From: Octopus vulgaris
Lineage: Eukaryota
Assembly (NCBI GenBank): GCA_951406725.2
Contig: OX597814.1
Location: 146,320,001-146,384,000 of the forward strand
Reading direction: 5' to 3'
Length of the DNA: 64,000 nt
In this document: positions 1 to 13,800 of the stretch, piece after piece
Numbering within the stretch: the first letter of the stretch is position 1
Layout of the letters: every line of letters starts with the position of its first letter
Notes under the pieces: generated by a model
Database searches by the model: none
Seen by the model: the letters and a program-made list of their open reading frames with translations, nothing else
Told to the model about the DNA's origin: nothing
Program-made: the position numbers and the translations under genes

Positions 1-2367
1 TGGACGACATATTAACTCTGACCTTCACGGCTAGCCGTCTTAATGTAAGAGGATGAAGATCATTTTCTTGACACTAATATTGGACTTCTAATGAGTTTTG
101 TGACAATCAACATTTGTCTTGCTCACCATGGGAATGATAAATAGCTTCTGTGACCTAATTCTTTTCGAAAATCTCTGTATTTGCGATTGTCTAAAACCCA
201 TTGACCTTTTATGCTTTTGCTTTAAAAACTTACTGAACATTACTGGGCTGTTTCCAGATCTGCAGTGGAACGTTTAACACGGCTTTTCTTTTCATATTAA
301 ATACCTTACTTTGCTTGGTATTAATTTTCGTTGCTGATATCGCTCTGCAGTTCTTGCATTGGTGAACGATCTCTAGCGAGACCCTGCTTTAGTATGTATA
401 TCCTTGTGATTTTTCTCTGAATGTCCTATATCTGCTATACAAAACGAATACATCTACAAGTATGACATAATTGGGGTTCCGATGAACAGGAAATTATTCC
501 ACCATTATTTATTACAAAGGAAAATTATGGCATATCCATACACGTGAAGTTGTTTCAAAGTACTGCAAAGTTAATATTCCTCCAGACATGCCGATCCAAA
601 TACACGATGAGATCAATATTAATTCACCATAGATTTTTGCCTGGGACAACAGATAAGGAAGACCTTCCTTATGGTGTATTCGTTCCATGCAATACTTTCA
701 CAGAAATGAAAAACATTTTGAAAAGCTAACAGAAAAAAAAAAAACGTTTAACCTTATACCAGAGAAAGGTCTCATAGTATGTCAAAACATTGTGAGGAAT
801 AGTTTGTTGCGCACCAGCTGGAAGATCAGGGTTCATCCAGTGAATATTTCTAGTCAACTCTTAACGGCAAATGAATCATCTCGTAGTCCGAATATATAAT
901 AGAGTTTCTATAAACGAAAGGGTGAAATTATCCAAGTATATATGTATAAATCTGGAAATATCGATAAGCAGAATGCGGTGAGTGAATATCAAAACAATCC
1001 CAGTAATATGCTTTTAGGACATGCTTAAAACAATGCAGGTGAAAAAAAAAAGCAAAAAGAAACACGTATTTAAACAGTATACTCAGTATTCAGTAAAGAA
1101 CATAACTACACTCTACATAGTGAATACGTTATGAAAAGCATATTCAATACAATAAAAATGATATACAATATATTGCATACAGCCATGAGCAGAAGAGACG
1201 AACTCAATAGTGAAGTGATAGTACGCATTACAAAGTCAGTCGCAGCAGTAATATTAAGAAGATAAATAAGAATAACAATAAGAATATATTCTATTTTTTC
1301 TTATGAATTTTCTGACGTTAAAGTAATATATTAATTTAATACAAAAGAAATAAATCGTGTGCATGAGCTTCTTATTATTAGAAGAACGAAATAAAAAAAT
1401 CAAACGCGTAGAACATAAACCATTTATGCATGATGGTGAAAGAGAGAAATAAAGAAAAAAAAAACATTTAGGGTATAGCTATATAATCAAATAAGATAAC
1501 GAAAGTACAAAATACACAAGCAGAATATCGTGCCTGCAGCGGGGGGAAAATAATAGATTATATGTAATAAAATATTTACACACCAACTCATCTAGTTTTT
1601 AGAAAATAACAGTTAAATTTTTCCTCCCTGAAATGTTCTTCCATGATCTCTGAAATATAATCCGTCTTACGGAATAAATTTTGTTACTTTACCGTAATAG
1701 CTTAGATTAATGCTGCAGAAAACAACAACAGCAACAATTGTTTAGACTTCCTATGATTATTAGAGTAATGAAAAGAGCTGAAACCTTATCACCCTAAGAC
1801 AGCGAACGTTATTTATGCACCAGTCATTTAAACGAATAATACAAACCAAAGAAATATCTTCTCCAAACAGCAACAATTGATTATAACACGCATTTATTCT
1901 TTTGCATACAAGGCAAGATGATAATACTCAGAACATTGTGTATCCACCATAACAATAAGTTGTGTTTGGAGATATTGCTGTTTGTTAAACAGATATGAAA
2001 GAATTCCGATTCTAGAGAATTTGTGTTTATAAATCGATGATTGCATATGGCTTACGTTTACTTCTATTTCCATTTTCCGCATGTTCTTATTGACTATATT
2101 GCAGAAGAGAGGCCAATATCAACATGGCTTAATTTGGTTTCATACAAGGTGTGTTTGTATATGAATGCCTATGCACATGCACGCGCGCAAACACGCACAC
2201 ATACACACACGCACACACAGGCACGCACGCACAAAGTGCTCACCGTCACACTATTAGAAACTCGTGTATACACACTCACATATATATATTCATTTCTCAA
2301 TATACATGTTTCAGTTATTGGAATGCGGTCATGCTAGAGTCTCACGCTGATAGATATATAGATAGAT

Positions 2368-2418
<51 letters not shown>

Positions 2419-3371
2419 TAGATAGATAGATAGATCAGATAGATAGATAGATAGATAGACAGATAGATAGATAGAAATAGATGGATGGATACATAGATAT
2501 ATAAACATGTATATGTATATATATATATATATATATACGCGTAAGCAATACTCAAAACAACAAAGGTGAAAGCAAGCGATAGGGTATCAAGTTCAACCTT
2601 ATTCTCGATTACAACAATAGCGACTGAAGTACATACACATAGACGCTTAGAAACCCTGTGTATCATGCAATAACGGAATTACTTTGAAACATGCGATTGT
2701 GTGTGCTCTCTTCGGAGTTTTTTGCAAAAAGCCATGTGTTTTATGTTCAATCTTTTTAACGTGTGAAAGTACAACATATATTTTCATTTAAGAATCCCAA
2801 ACTCTAAGCATGAATGAATGGTACAAAATTATGTTGCAAACGGTAAAATTTAATCTCAATCTACAACGCATTACTATGCTCATCTCTCTGCAGATAAGAC
2901 ACTTATATTCAACGATGGGGTTTCAGTAAATGCTGCCTTAGTTTCACTACATTGTAAATATATGTTTCTATCTAAAATAGAAAGAACATCTCCACTGAAA
3001 GCTATTTGTATTTAACTGAACAAGTCAAATGATAGAGAGAGTGAGAAAAAGAATTGAGGTGGAAAAGGTGAAAATAGTGAACATATAGTAAAATGTAACT
3101 GATGCAGTATAAGTATATATTATGAAGCTAGCGGAGGAAATAGAGCGAGGTCTTGGATGAATGAGTTACGGTTTAGACAAGTATGCTTGGTAATCAAAAG
3201 CTACGGCCATCATTTTGAACACATATTGCAATTTGGCAACAATATCGTTGTTTCAAGGTTGCTAGACATATATACACTGCATTTTGTGAGAGTGAGACAC
3301 AGCATAGCGTCTGTAAAATTTTAGACTTTATTCAAATACACCTAGCAACATTATTGAAAGGTATATAAAAA

Positions 3372-3580
3372 TATTGTTGCATTTCGGGACAGTTAATTTT
3401 TTGGCTAATTAAACACACGCACTATATATTTATTCTTCACTCGTTTATTACTGTTCTTATTTTATTATTTTGACGCATGTCCATTTTCCAGAAATATTTC
3501 GTCACACATTTGTGACCTCCTCAGCGACACTTTTCGTTTTCGTGTGTATTCTTGCTCCCCTTATTTCAATCTGTTCTTCT
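3372..3580 (-). mobile_element. Old Penelope-like pLTR remnant, same family as the 22227-22955 element
   Basis: Shares TATTGTT..ATTTCGG, AAACACACGCACTATATATTT and TTTCGTCACAC...TGTGACC..C.TCAG with the left arm of the 22.2-22.9 kb palindrome. Confidence 0.6.
3488..3530 (-). ncRNA. Hammerhead ribozyme-like motif (stems I/III degenerate)
   Basis: Minus strand reads CUGAGGA-G-GUCACA-AAUG-UGUGAC-GAAA-UAUUU: canonical core boxes flanking a perfect 6-bp stem II. Confidence 0.55.
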
Positions 3581-4553
3581 AAGGTATGTATCCTTAGGTG
3601 CGCATGCGTTTGTCTCCTTTTTTGCGCGTGTGTGCGTGTATATGTGTGTGTATCATAGCTTTTAGCAGCAGTGTGGCCTTCCCACCAGCAGCCCCATTCA
3701 CTCACCGCATTATGCTGTATTAAGACCCGAAATATATGGTACAGTTTCTGTATTCTTCTGTGTATATGTGCTCGCCCATGGCACTTGTTAACCGTATATA
3801 CAAATATCCATACATGTATATGTATGTTTATGCGTGATTGTTTGTGTGAGTGTGCGCGTGCATGTCTATGAGTCAAACACCAACGTGCATACGTACATTA
3901 ATATACGCACAGACACATATACATATGCAACATATATGCATATATGCATACATATGAATGTATATGTATATAGGTAATTCAAAGGAGAGAATGTTAAGCA
4001 GAATAGAGTAAAGGAGAGGGGGACGTGAAATTGGAAATCTCGCAGAATTGTTTCTGACTTTTTCTTAAAAGCGGGGTCGCTCTTATTGGTTTCATATTGT
4101 TCAACTTCATTGTATGACATATTCAGGTATAGACTGCAGACTACGTCACTGGATGTGCAACTGAATCAGTGACACGTCTGCAGAAAATAGCAACACTTTG
4201 GCTTTATGTACAATAACATATTTATCTTTCAATAGCCTGTTTCCCAGTTAGCTTCCTAATCTCTGAAACCTTGCAATAATACAAGACGGCATGCTACCAG
4301 TTCTTTGTCTCATGTCCAAATTTAAATTCATCGTGTGGCAGAGAGAGAATTTGCTATCATTTCAATTTATTACCGATGCACAGATAAAGCTTTAGCATTT
4401 CTGACTTATGCAAAATATCCCAAGAAATACTTCCTCAAATACGTTGCACATCCATGGCAATATTTTTTCCCTATACATTACTTACTCGGCCCGCTCATGG
4501 AATTTTGAACTTCGAAAGAGCTAACAATATCCACTTTGTAGCGCTGCAGTAAC

Positions 4554-5520
4554 TATCTGGCATTCCGTTAGTTTCCTTGAACGTTTCTTAACCCAGGATG
4601 AGAGGTGTCTTCATCACTTTGAGCCAGAGACAGAGACAATCCACGAAGCAGAAACATCTCTTCTCCTCTACTCCACCTTGTAATATCTATCTATCTATCT
4701 ATCTATCGATCGATCGATCGATCTGTCTGCCTATCTATCGGTATACATACACACACACATATATATATAATATGTATATTTGTAAATGTATATAAACATG
4801 TATATATATGTATATACACAAACATATACACGTATATACATATATATACACACATATACATATATATGCGTATATATATATATCTGGCATTCCGTTAATT
4901 TCCTTGAACGTTTCTTAACCCAGGATGAGAGGTGTCTTCATCACTTTGAGCCAGAGACAGAGACAATCCACGAAGCAGAAACATCTCTTCTCCTCTACTC
5001 CACAGAAGGCCTAAGTCTTTATATCTACAGGGAAGGTAATGGCCTCACGTGTAGGGTATGCAAAAACCACACCATTTATTAATTATTTTCAAAAAAATCA
5101 ACACCATCAATATGGATTATTATGCTAGCATACTAAGGGTACTTACGAGAGGATATTAAGATATAATGCCCAGGAAAGCTGCCTTGTTTCATCAGTACTC
5201 ATGCACGCAAGTCCTTCGTTTCAACGGCTGCCGTGCATGAGGCTGGCATTCAATTGGTTGATTACCCTTCCTGTTTCCCCGATTTGGCCATATCTTTCTA
5301 TCATTTTTGCTTCAACAGGAAAATATAAGATTGGGAACCAGTATTACAGTGAGATGATGATATCATATCTGCTGGAAGAAAGTTTCATCAACTGTACCGA
5401 GCGCTGCAGCATCGATGGAAAATGTGCGTTGACAGCAAGGGGAAAAAATAAAGCTCATTTGGTCACATTCCATGAACTTAAGTTGGTCACCCTGTCCACA
5501 TTTCAGCCGATCTTCGTAAG
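4554..5520 (+). mobile_element. Degenerate mariner (DD34D) transposase remnant, C-terminal half
   Basis: Across frames: FLERFLTQDERCLHHFEPET, GKVMAS, TINMDYYASIL and an SPDLA-like segment (TGTTTCCCCGATTTGGCC). Many frameshifts; first 123 bp duplicated. Confidence 0.8.
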
Positions 5521-5652
5521 CGTGTAAAAGAAATATATGTATACACACAAATGCAGACAGGCAGACATACACAGTCACAAGCACATCCACACAAACGCGC
5601 GCGTACACATTCAGATATATATATGTATATATACATACGTATATGCATGTAT

Positions 5653-5728
5653 ATACTTTGATACTTTGATACTTTGATAGGTTTCGGCCATTATTGGCCC
5701 AGGCCATGTCTAACTTAATAGCACCACC
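5653..5728 (-). mobile_element. Retroposon 3' tail fragment with (CAAAGTAT)n terminal repeats
   Basis: Minus strand GGTGGTGC...CATGGCC-TG-GGCCA-ATAA-TGGCC-GAAAC followed by three CAAAGTAT repeats; same layout as the abundant SINE tail. Confidence 0.5.
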
Positions 5729-5734
5729 TGTATA

Positions 5735-5800
<66 letters not shown>

Positions 5801-5809
5801 TATATACGT

Positions 5810-5942
5810 ACCCGTCGTAAAATAACGACTCAGGAGATAAGATAAGTTTAAAGAAATACTCCGGTCAATTCATTCGACTATAAGACCTTCAAGGCATTAC
5901 TCCAGCATGGCTTCAGTCTTATGAAAGAGACAAGTAAAAGAT
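5810..5942 (+). mobile_element. SINE family A, 3' fragment
   Basis: CGACTATAAGACC...CTCCAGCATGGCTTCAGTC...GAGACAAGTAAAAGA matches the tail of the full copies at 29868 and 56046. Confidence 0.7.
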
Positions 5943-5953
5943 ATGTATGTATG

Positions 5954-6015
<62 letters not shown>

Positions 6016-6734
6016 CAGCTGTATAACAGAGTATGTCTTCGTGTATGTCCACATATATTCACACATACGCTCACACATACGCACACACATACACACATAA
6101 GTTTTATGTTGAAAAGCTACAGAGACACACATACCTGTATATTTATACTTTTACACACGTATTCAAAAATAGTGCTTTAGATCAATTTCAGTTGATAAGC
6201 TTAACACTGATAACTATCTTTTTCGAAGTATATCAATTCAATTGTGATAGAACACCGAAATAGATTTTCTTCATTGTCATTTTTAATAATTCATCTTATA
6301 TTATTTGTTGCATTCTGAGGAATTTCCATTTTTTATTCCTTTTCATTTTCACCCAGACAATTTAATTTTGCAATTCATTCATTGAATTTCTGCTAAAAAT
6401 GAAGATAAATTGTTATATATACGCAATCCCCAGTCTGCACTCATGCACATATATGCACGTATATGCACATAAATATTTCAAAACGCATACACACATACGG
6501 ATATACTGGTCTGTTTTTCGGTGATGATAACAATTTATCTATAATGTTATGCTCAAGAATTATTCTCATACCGTGGAAACTATTGTAGTAAATTTTCATT
6601 TCTTGGCCGATTCAAAAGGTTATACAATAATACATATATATAAATACTCAGACATAAACACACATATATACATATAAACACATATATTATACATCCATGC
6701 GCACATATATATTCACAGACCTATGTATGCACCA

Positions 6735-6737
6735 CCG

Positions 6738-6775
<38 letters not shown>

Positions 6776-6842
6776 CACATACATATATATATATATATAT
6801 ACATATATATATGTATATACATATATAAAATATATATATATG

Positions 6843-6906
<64 letters not shown>

Positions 6907-6936
6907 CATATATATATACAAATATATGTATATAAA

Positions 6937-6995
<59 letters not shown>
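6735..6995. repeat. Long interrupted (AT)n microsatellite
   Basis: Direct reading; representative of many (AT)n tracts (e.g. 2370, 5730, 5955, 27270, 28050, 62295). Confidence 0.95.
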
Positions 6996-7001
<6 letters not shown>

Positions 7002-7814
7002 ACAGCTAAGTATATTATAAAGAACATTTCTTACTCTAAATTCATCAATTTCCGCTCCATTTTTTCCTCATCATAAGTGTGTGTGTGTGAGTGTGTTTGT
7101 GTGTAGACATATACACACATATATATGTACACACACACACACACACATATATATAGATGGAGAGATAGATATGGAGTGATTGATATAGGTGATTTATGTA
7201 TATAGGTATAGGCATAATTTTATACACACACACATATACTTAGTTACACACGCTCATGCATAGATATATAATTTGTAATAGTTGTTCAAACGCATCAATA
7301 CAAGAGTAAGAGAGATAAACGCCGCATATTCACATAACCATCGTACATGATACATTTTGGAAACCTCATTACTCTCTACGTTTAAATACATAAATCTGTG
7401 AATATATATGAATATGTATGAAAGTATGTTGATATTTATCTATATCTATTCTTTGTTGTTCTGGAATTGCAAAGAATTCTTAGATAAATCAAACATTTCT
7501 GAAGGAAAAGCAATCAGATTGCGTAATTTTTTCTTCTTTTAGGCTTATGGTCAAAAGAATACCGTAAAATGTAAAATGAAAACGGAAACAGAATTCTGTT
7601 ATAAAATTCGTTTGATTTAATGCCTAACTTTCGCATTCACTGAAATCCATAATTTCAGAAGGACAGGTAATTATGGGAATATATTTTTGTGCAGCAAAAT
7701 CAATGAAAAAAATATGGCAACCCATACACATGTGCAGCATAACAAACCCGTACGTACTAATACAAATCATCGCACTGAAAATGGCCAATCAGGTCTTATC
7801 ATAGAGTTATATGA

Positions 7815-7881
<67 letters not shown>

Positions 7882-8340
7882 CCTCTTTGTTCTTTTTTCT
7901 TACTTTCTTTTTCATTCTTTTTTCATTCTTTCGTTATATCTGTCTATCTATATACACAAATATATGTATGTTCATACACACTAACACACAGAGACACCGA
8001 TACTCACACACCCACAAACACACAGACACACACATACATATATATAATTATATATACATGCAAATATACACGTGTGGGTGTATATATGCATACATACACG
8101 TACATGTGTTATATTTTATGAAAAACAAAAAATGAGCCCCCACACCACTTTAAAATACTTCTTCTATTTGTTGTCTTGAATGAGCAGAAAATCAAATATG
8201 GGGTTTCAAAATCCCTGTATTTGAAAGAATCGTGTATTATCAATGCATATTGTCCAAAACGAGGATTTGTTCGCTGAACACTAAATATAAGAGAAATGTT
8301 AAATTTACTTGCAAATATGCCTAAGTGCTTTTTGAGAGAA

Positions 8341-8426
<86 letters not shown>
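8341..8426. repeat. (TATC)n microsatellite at the 5' flank of the LINE
   Basis: Pure TATC array ending exactly where unique LINE sequence begins. Confidence 0.95.
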
Positions 8427-8427
<1 letters not shown>

Positions 8428-8634
8428 TGACAAATATCGTTTCAGCTCCGAAGGCATTTATTTTGACTATTTAAAGTGTATATTGACAAACATTTTGTGC
8501 TTAAAAGTTGTGCAACAACATCCACTGTAAACCTTTGATAAATATCGACACAAAATTTTGCCCCTTGTGGGCAAAATTTAAAAGAAAAAATTCTCATAGC
8601 CTTCGTGGTTTCATTTAGCCATTTTATTTCCAAA

Positions 8635-10826
8635 ATGGCCACTGGTCACCACGAGGCTGAGGTGCAAGTCAAGCGTGACGCAGAAACAGAAAAACAGGAT
8701 GCTCTGTTAGCAACGCTGAACCTGACAACTCCGCCACCATCAACATCGACAACAGCAACAAATACAAAACAAAGGTCGCAAGGCCAAGCACCGTCAACAC
8801 CATCAGTGAGTCCACCACCACCACCAACACCGACAACAACACCATGGCAGAATCTGCTACTAAAACTGCTATCCCTACTAAAGATATCGCCACCAATAAC
8901 AACACCAACATCACCATCACCGCCACCAAAGACCGTGCCGTCAATGCTACTAATACTACCAACACCACCGCCGTCACCAAGAACGACAATAACAACAACA
9001 ACAACAACGACGACGACGACAACAACAATTCCCTTCAACCACTGCTCACTCCATCACCAACAAGTGAAAAAATAACGACGACAAGCAAACGAAATGTCGA
9101 AATTTGCGCTAATGCAGGACTAAAGTACGCAGGCAATTTTCCACCCCTTCCTAGTTGCATAATCGATCGAACCCAAACACTACCAACCCAACTGCAGCCA
9201 ACAACACCAACACCACCGGCAGTAACAACAATAACAAAACAACAACAAATTTCGCCGAGGCGATAAAAGAAAAAACAACAAGTATACTTTACGGCTCAAC
9301 AAATACAGGACACGAACATCAAAATAACAGAATCAGAAGGTATAGTAAAAATAAACATACCAGAAGACATTTTGGAAAATGAAAAAAGACGAACAATCAT
9401 TTATAAAATAGTTAACAAAAAAACAAAAATCCCAGAGAAGGCCAACACAAGCAAAATAGAGAAGTGCTTGAAACCCATCTGGGATCACAAAGAATATGTA
9501 ACCTGGTGGAACAAATTTGCCCACATACAAGTTGTTTTCTACACCGAAGAGTTAGCTAGACATTTCTCAACGCTAACTCTTCACTCAGATGAACTCCAAC
9601 TTACACCAAGCTATCGGGGACAGAAAGTGACTAAGATCACTCTAAACAATGTCCCCAACATAGCCAATAGTCTATGGCTTGTAAAGGCCTTATGCGTAAA
9701 AATGGCGAATTATACTATTTTGGAAACCACAGTCACAGAGCATAAAAACTGGGTGGGAAAAAAGTAGAATTTCTTCTACATATACATCATGAAGATATAA
9801 AAAAAAAAAAAAAATACCCACCCAGATATGTGTATCAGACGACCACAAGTTATATGTGGTCGTCGATGGCAGAAGACCACGTTGCTACATATGCGGCAGT
9901 GAGCAACACCTAAAAAAAGACTGCAAATCTGCCGCAAGAAAACAACAGCAACAACAACAGCAGCCGGAAACAAAAACAAATAAACAAGGTTTACTACCCA
10001 CACCACTTTTTGCAGGAACAAACCTCACCAAACAAACAACCATACCAACTGCAGCACCAAGAACAGAAGCAGCATCACCAACAACAACAACCAAGAATAT
10101 ACCAACTCCCAAACCAAGGACATCTGCCAAAAAGACACCCAGCAAAAATGAAGAAACAATTACAACTCCAAATCCCCACAAAATTGAGACCCTAAACAAC
10201 ACAACAATACCCACAATCACTCAAACACAAAATACCCAAACCCCACATCTAAAACCGCATACACCACAACCAAACGCTCACCAACCAACACCAACAACAA
10301 AACCAACACAGTCGACAATAGACCCCAATACTTTCCCTCTTCCAGACTCCGATTCGTCTGATCTGTCATTAGACGAAGAAGACACAGAAGATTGGCAAAT
10401 AGCCACAGGGGGAGAAGAAAAAGGGGGAAAAAAAGAAAAGAAAAAATAACAAACAAAGCGGGAAGATACACCACTCCCGAAACAAAAACATCCACAGAAA
10501 ACACACACATCAACACAAACACACCATCATCAAACCCCCCAAAAATGTTGACAGCCATAAACACAAACAACCACGACCTAATGGAACACATTAGGTCAAA
10601 CACTAACATTACTGAAAACGACATAAAAACAAGTAACCACCCACACACAACACCACCACAACACATTAAAATAATACACGTGACACAGAACACATACAGC
10701 ACCCTGAAATCTCTTTACCCTGATGCAGTAGGGAGATTTCAAAAGTACTCATCGAAAAAACTGTATAAAAGCCTCATAGAAGAAGACCGTGAGGTGAAAG
10801 ACAAAGAACTTTCGAAAAACAAGTAA
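8635..10826 (+). pseudogene. LINE ORF1 (gag-like, zinc knuckle), frameshifted
   Basis: ATG at 8635; T/P/Q/N low-complexity arms; central globular part (RRTIIYK...KITLNNVP...WLV) and CYICGSEQHLKKDC (CX2CX4HX4C); split over about five ORF-track frames; TAA at 10824-10826. Confidence 0.8.
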
Positions 10827-10866
10827 CCTTTTCTCTCCTTTTCCTTTTTTGCACTTTTATCGGAAC

Positions 10867-13800
10867 ATGCTCAGAATAGGTAGTATAAATGTACGTGGCT
10901 TGGGGTCGCCTTGGAAACAAGGCTACCTGTTAAATGACATCAAGTCACTAAATCTGAATATCATAGCCATCAGTGAGACCAGACTCCACAGCTTGCGGGC
11001 ACTCCAGCACATTTTCGGTACACATTTCAACATTTATTTTTCTCCGTGTCTACCGAGAATGGGCGGAGGTGGCACCGCGGTGCTTATCCGGAAGAGTCTG
11101 GATCTCAAAGTAAGAGCAAATTTCCTAGACCCGGAGGGTAGGCTGGTCGTTTTAGATGTCGATGGCAGCAATGAGTGTGCTTTTCGACTGATAGCAGTTT
11201 ATGCTCCGTCCTTAACAGGCCGACCAGATTTCTTTCGACGTCTAGAGTCTTTCATGGGAACGTCTCGTCCTTTACTTTTAGTGGGGGATTGGAATGCCAC
11301 CCTGGACACGCATCTAGACTACGTGGGCAGAGATAGCAATAGTAGGGGATGCAAATGCCTCAAAGACCTGCTCAGACGTTTCCAACTGTCTGACAGGTAC
11401 CGACTGGTCCACCCGAATGTGCCAATGTGGACATGGAGTAACCGCATCGGGTCGTCCAGATCATACTTAGATAGAGTTTTCTGTAGGACAATAGATAAAA
11501 ATAGTGTAGGTTGTCCACAATTTCATATAGTCAGTTACACAGATCACAAGTTTGTGACTTGTACACTTGACTTAGATAAGACACATAGGCAGGGTCCTGG
11601 TTACTGGAAACTGAACGCGTCTTTTACAGCACGACAGGTTTACAGGGACCGGATCAGCACATTAGTTAAGAGAGCTTTGACGGGTACCATCATCAACAAC
11701 AGATGGTGGTATGCCCTAAAAAAGCGATTAAAGCAGAATCAGTCAGATACAGTAGAGCCCTAGCATTAGACCGAAATAGAATAGAGGGAGTTTTAGTTAA
11801 GGTTTCAGAAGAGGCACTTAGAACTGGCATCGCGTCCAACGTACTGGCGGCGAGATTGGCCCTCGACCAACACCTCAACGCCAAACACGAAGGATGCGTT
11901 GTCAGAGCTAGGATGCGTGCTCTGAGGAACGAAGGAGTTGGAGCCGCCCAAGAGGCCCGAGTGGTGGAGACGCAACGAGGCAACAGAGCCACCATCAAGT
12001 CTCTTATAGATGAACAGGGGCGCGAATTGCTCGAGCCTAAAAGGATGTGTGGGTTTTTCAACAACACTTCACCCAACTGTTTGGGACAAGTGGTGAGTCA
12101 GAAAGCAGAGTGGACTTTAGTGCCTACCTGCATGCCTTGCCACGACTCTCAGCAAGGAGGTGGAGTCTTGTGAAAAGCCTATCACAGCTGTGGACGTACA
12201 GGATGCGATGGTAGGCTGCGCGAGAGACAAGTCACCAGGCTTGGATGGTCTGCCCTACGAATTTTATTTTCATATGCCAGACTTGTTTGGAGGCGTCTTG
12301 GCAGCTGTCTACTGCAACTGGCAGCAGAACGGGAGTATTCCTGCTTTTGTAAAGTCGAGGAGCTGTAACTCTGCTGAAGTAAGATCCAAACAAGGGAAAC
12401 GCCATAGATAACTTTAGGCCAATCACTCTGCTCAATGCAGACCTGAAAATTTTGACAAAGGTGTTAGCCAAGAGGTTGGCGCTGTCATCATGGAGAAACT
12501 AATCGACAAGGCGCAAACATGCGCCGTGCCGGGTAGAAGCATCCATGACAACCTCCATCTGATGCGCTACATCATAGACAAGGTAGTTAACGAACCTGGC
12601 ATGGGTGGGGCCCTGATCAACTTGGATCAATCGAAAGCCTTTGATAGGGTAGACCATCGATACTTGGAGGCAGTCCTGAAAGCGGCTGGTTTCGGTCCCG
12701 TCTTCCGCGGTTGGATAGCTGCCTTATACAGAGGCATCCGTTCAGTAATTCGCGTAAATGGTCATCTATCAGACCCTTCGACATTGCACGTTCGGTCCGT
12801 CAGGGATGCCCCTCTCGGCGCTTCTGTACGTATTGACTCTTGAGCCACTACTGCGGAAACTGGCGACTCTGAGGAGCATCCCGCGAGAATTGGGATGCGG
12901 GACGAGCGTGTCTGCATACGCGGACGACGTCACCGTCATAGTGTCAAGCCACGAGCACATCGAGCGGGTCGGCGAGACACTGAAAGAATATGAAGCGGTG
13001 ACGGGAGCAAAAATCAACCGGGAAAAGTCAGTGGGCTTGCGGCTCGGCACCTGGAGAAGCAAGCCCATGCCGTCCACCAGTACCTCCGTCGTGGGACGCT
13101 GGACAGACGGCCCGGTTGAATTGCTCGGGGTCTGGTTCGGTCCGGACCTCCAAATGGAGAAGAACTGGAACGAGATAACGAGTAGGGTGGTCACTCTCGC
13201 CCAGCAATGGGCCGAGAGAAAGCTGTTCCTAAAAGGTCGGGCGGAGGTGGTGAACGCGTAAATCGCGTCCATCATCTACTACCGCCTGACCGTCGTACCT
13301 TGTCCCGACCCTACCATCACCAAACTAGAACGCATCCTCTTCCGCTTCTTGTGGAAAGGATGCGTCCCGATGGTCAGGCGATCCATTTGCTGTCAACACC
13401 CGTTAAATGGAGGGCTGGGCATGCCGTGGTTGATGATGCGCAGACACGCGCTGAGACTGCGACATCTCCGGCTCTTCATAGACAACGGTGAACAGGTGTG
13501 GTCGCCGTTTGTGAGGCATGCATTCCCGCAGCTCGTCTCCATGGACGAACTACAGTCGTGGATCAAGCAGAGACCGAGGAAGGCGAATGGCACCGCGAGT
13601 GTCGCGTTGTCAAGCAACTCTGCCGTCCGGGATCGAACTTGAGCGACTTCAACACAACAAAGGCATTCTATAGAGGATTATTGGAGGGGAGGTGCGACGA
13701 CGAGCTCGGGCAAACCTGGGCGTCGACGAGGAATACCTGACCCGCCTGTTCAGGACAACTTTCGGGCCGGGACCTATGGACAATCACCAAAGATCCCTGG

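Noticed and set aside
1-900. Possible Gypsy RT remnant (DDIL at the window start, LPYG near 665)
   Set aside because: The motifs are in the wrong order and isolated; not supportable.
2041-8135. Many ORFs rich in YI, HT or YLSI repeats, here and throughout the window
   Set aside because: They are translations of (AT)n, (AC)n and (ATCT)n microsatellites.
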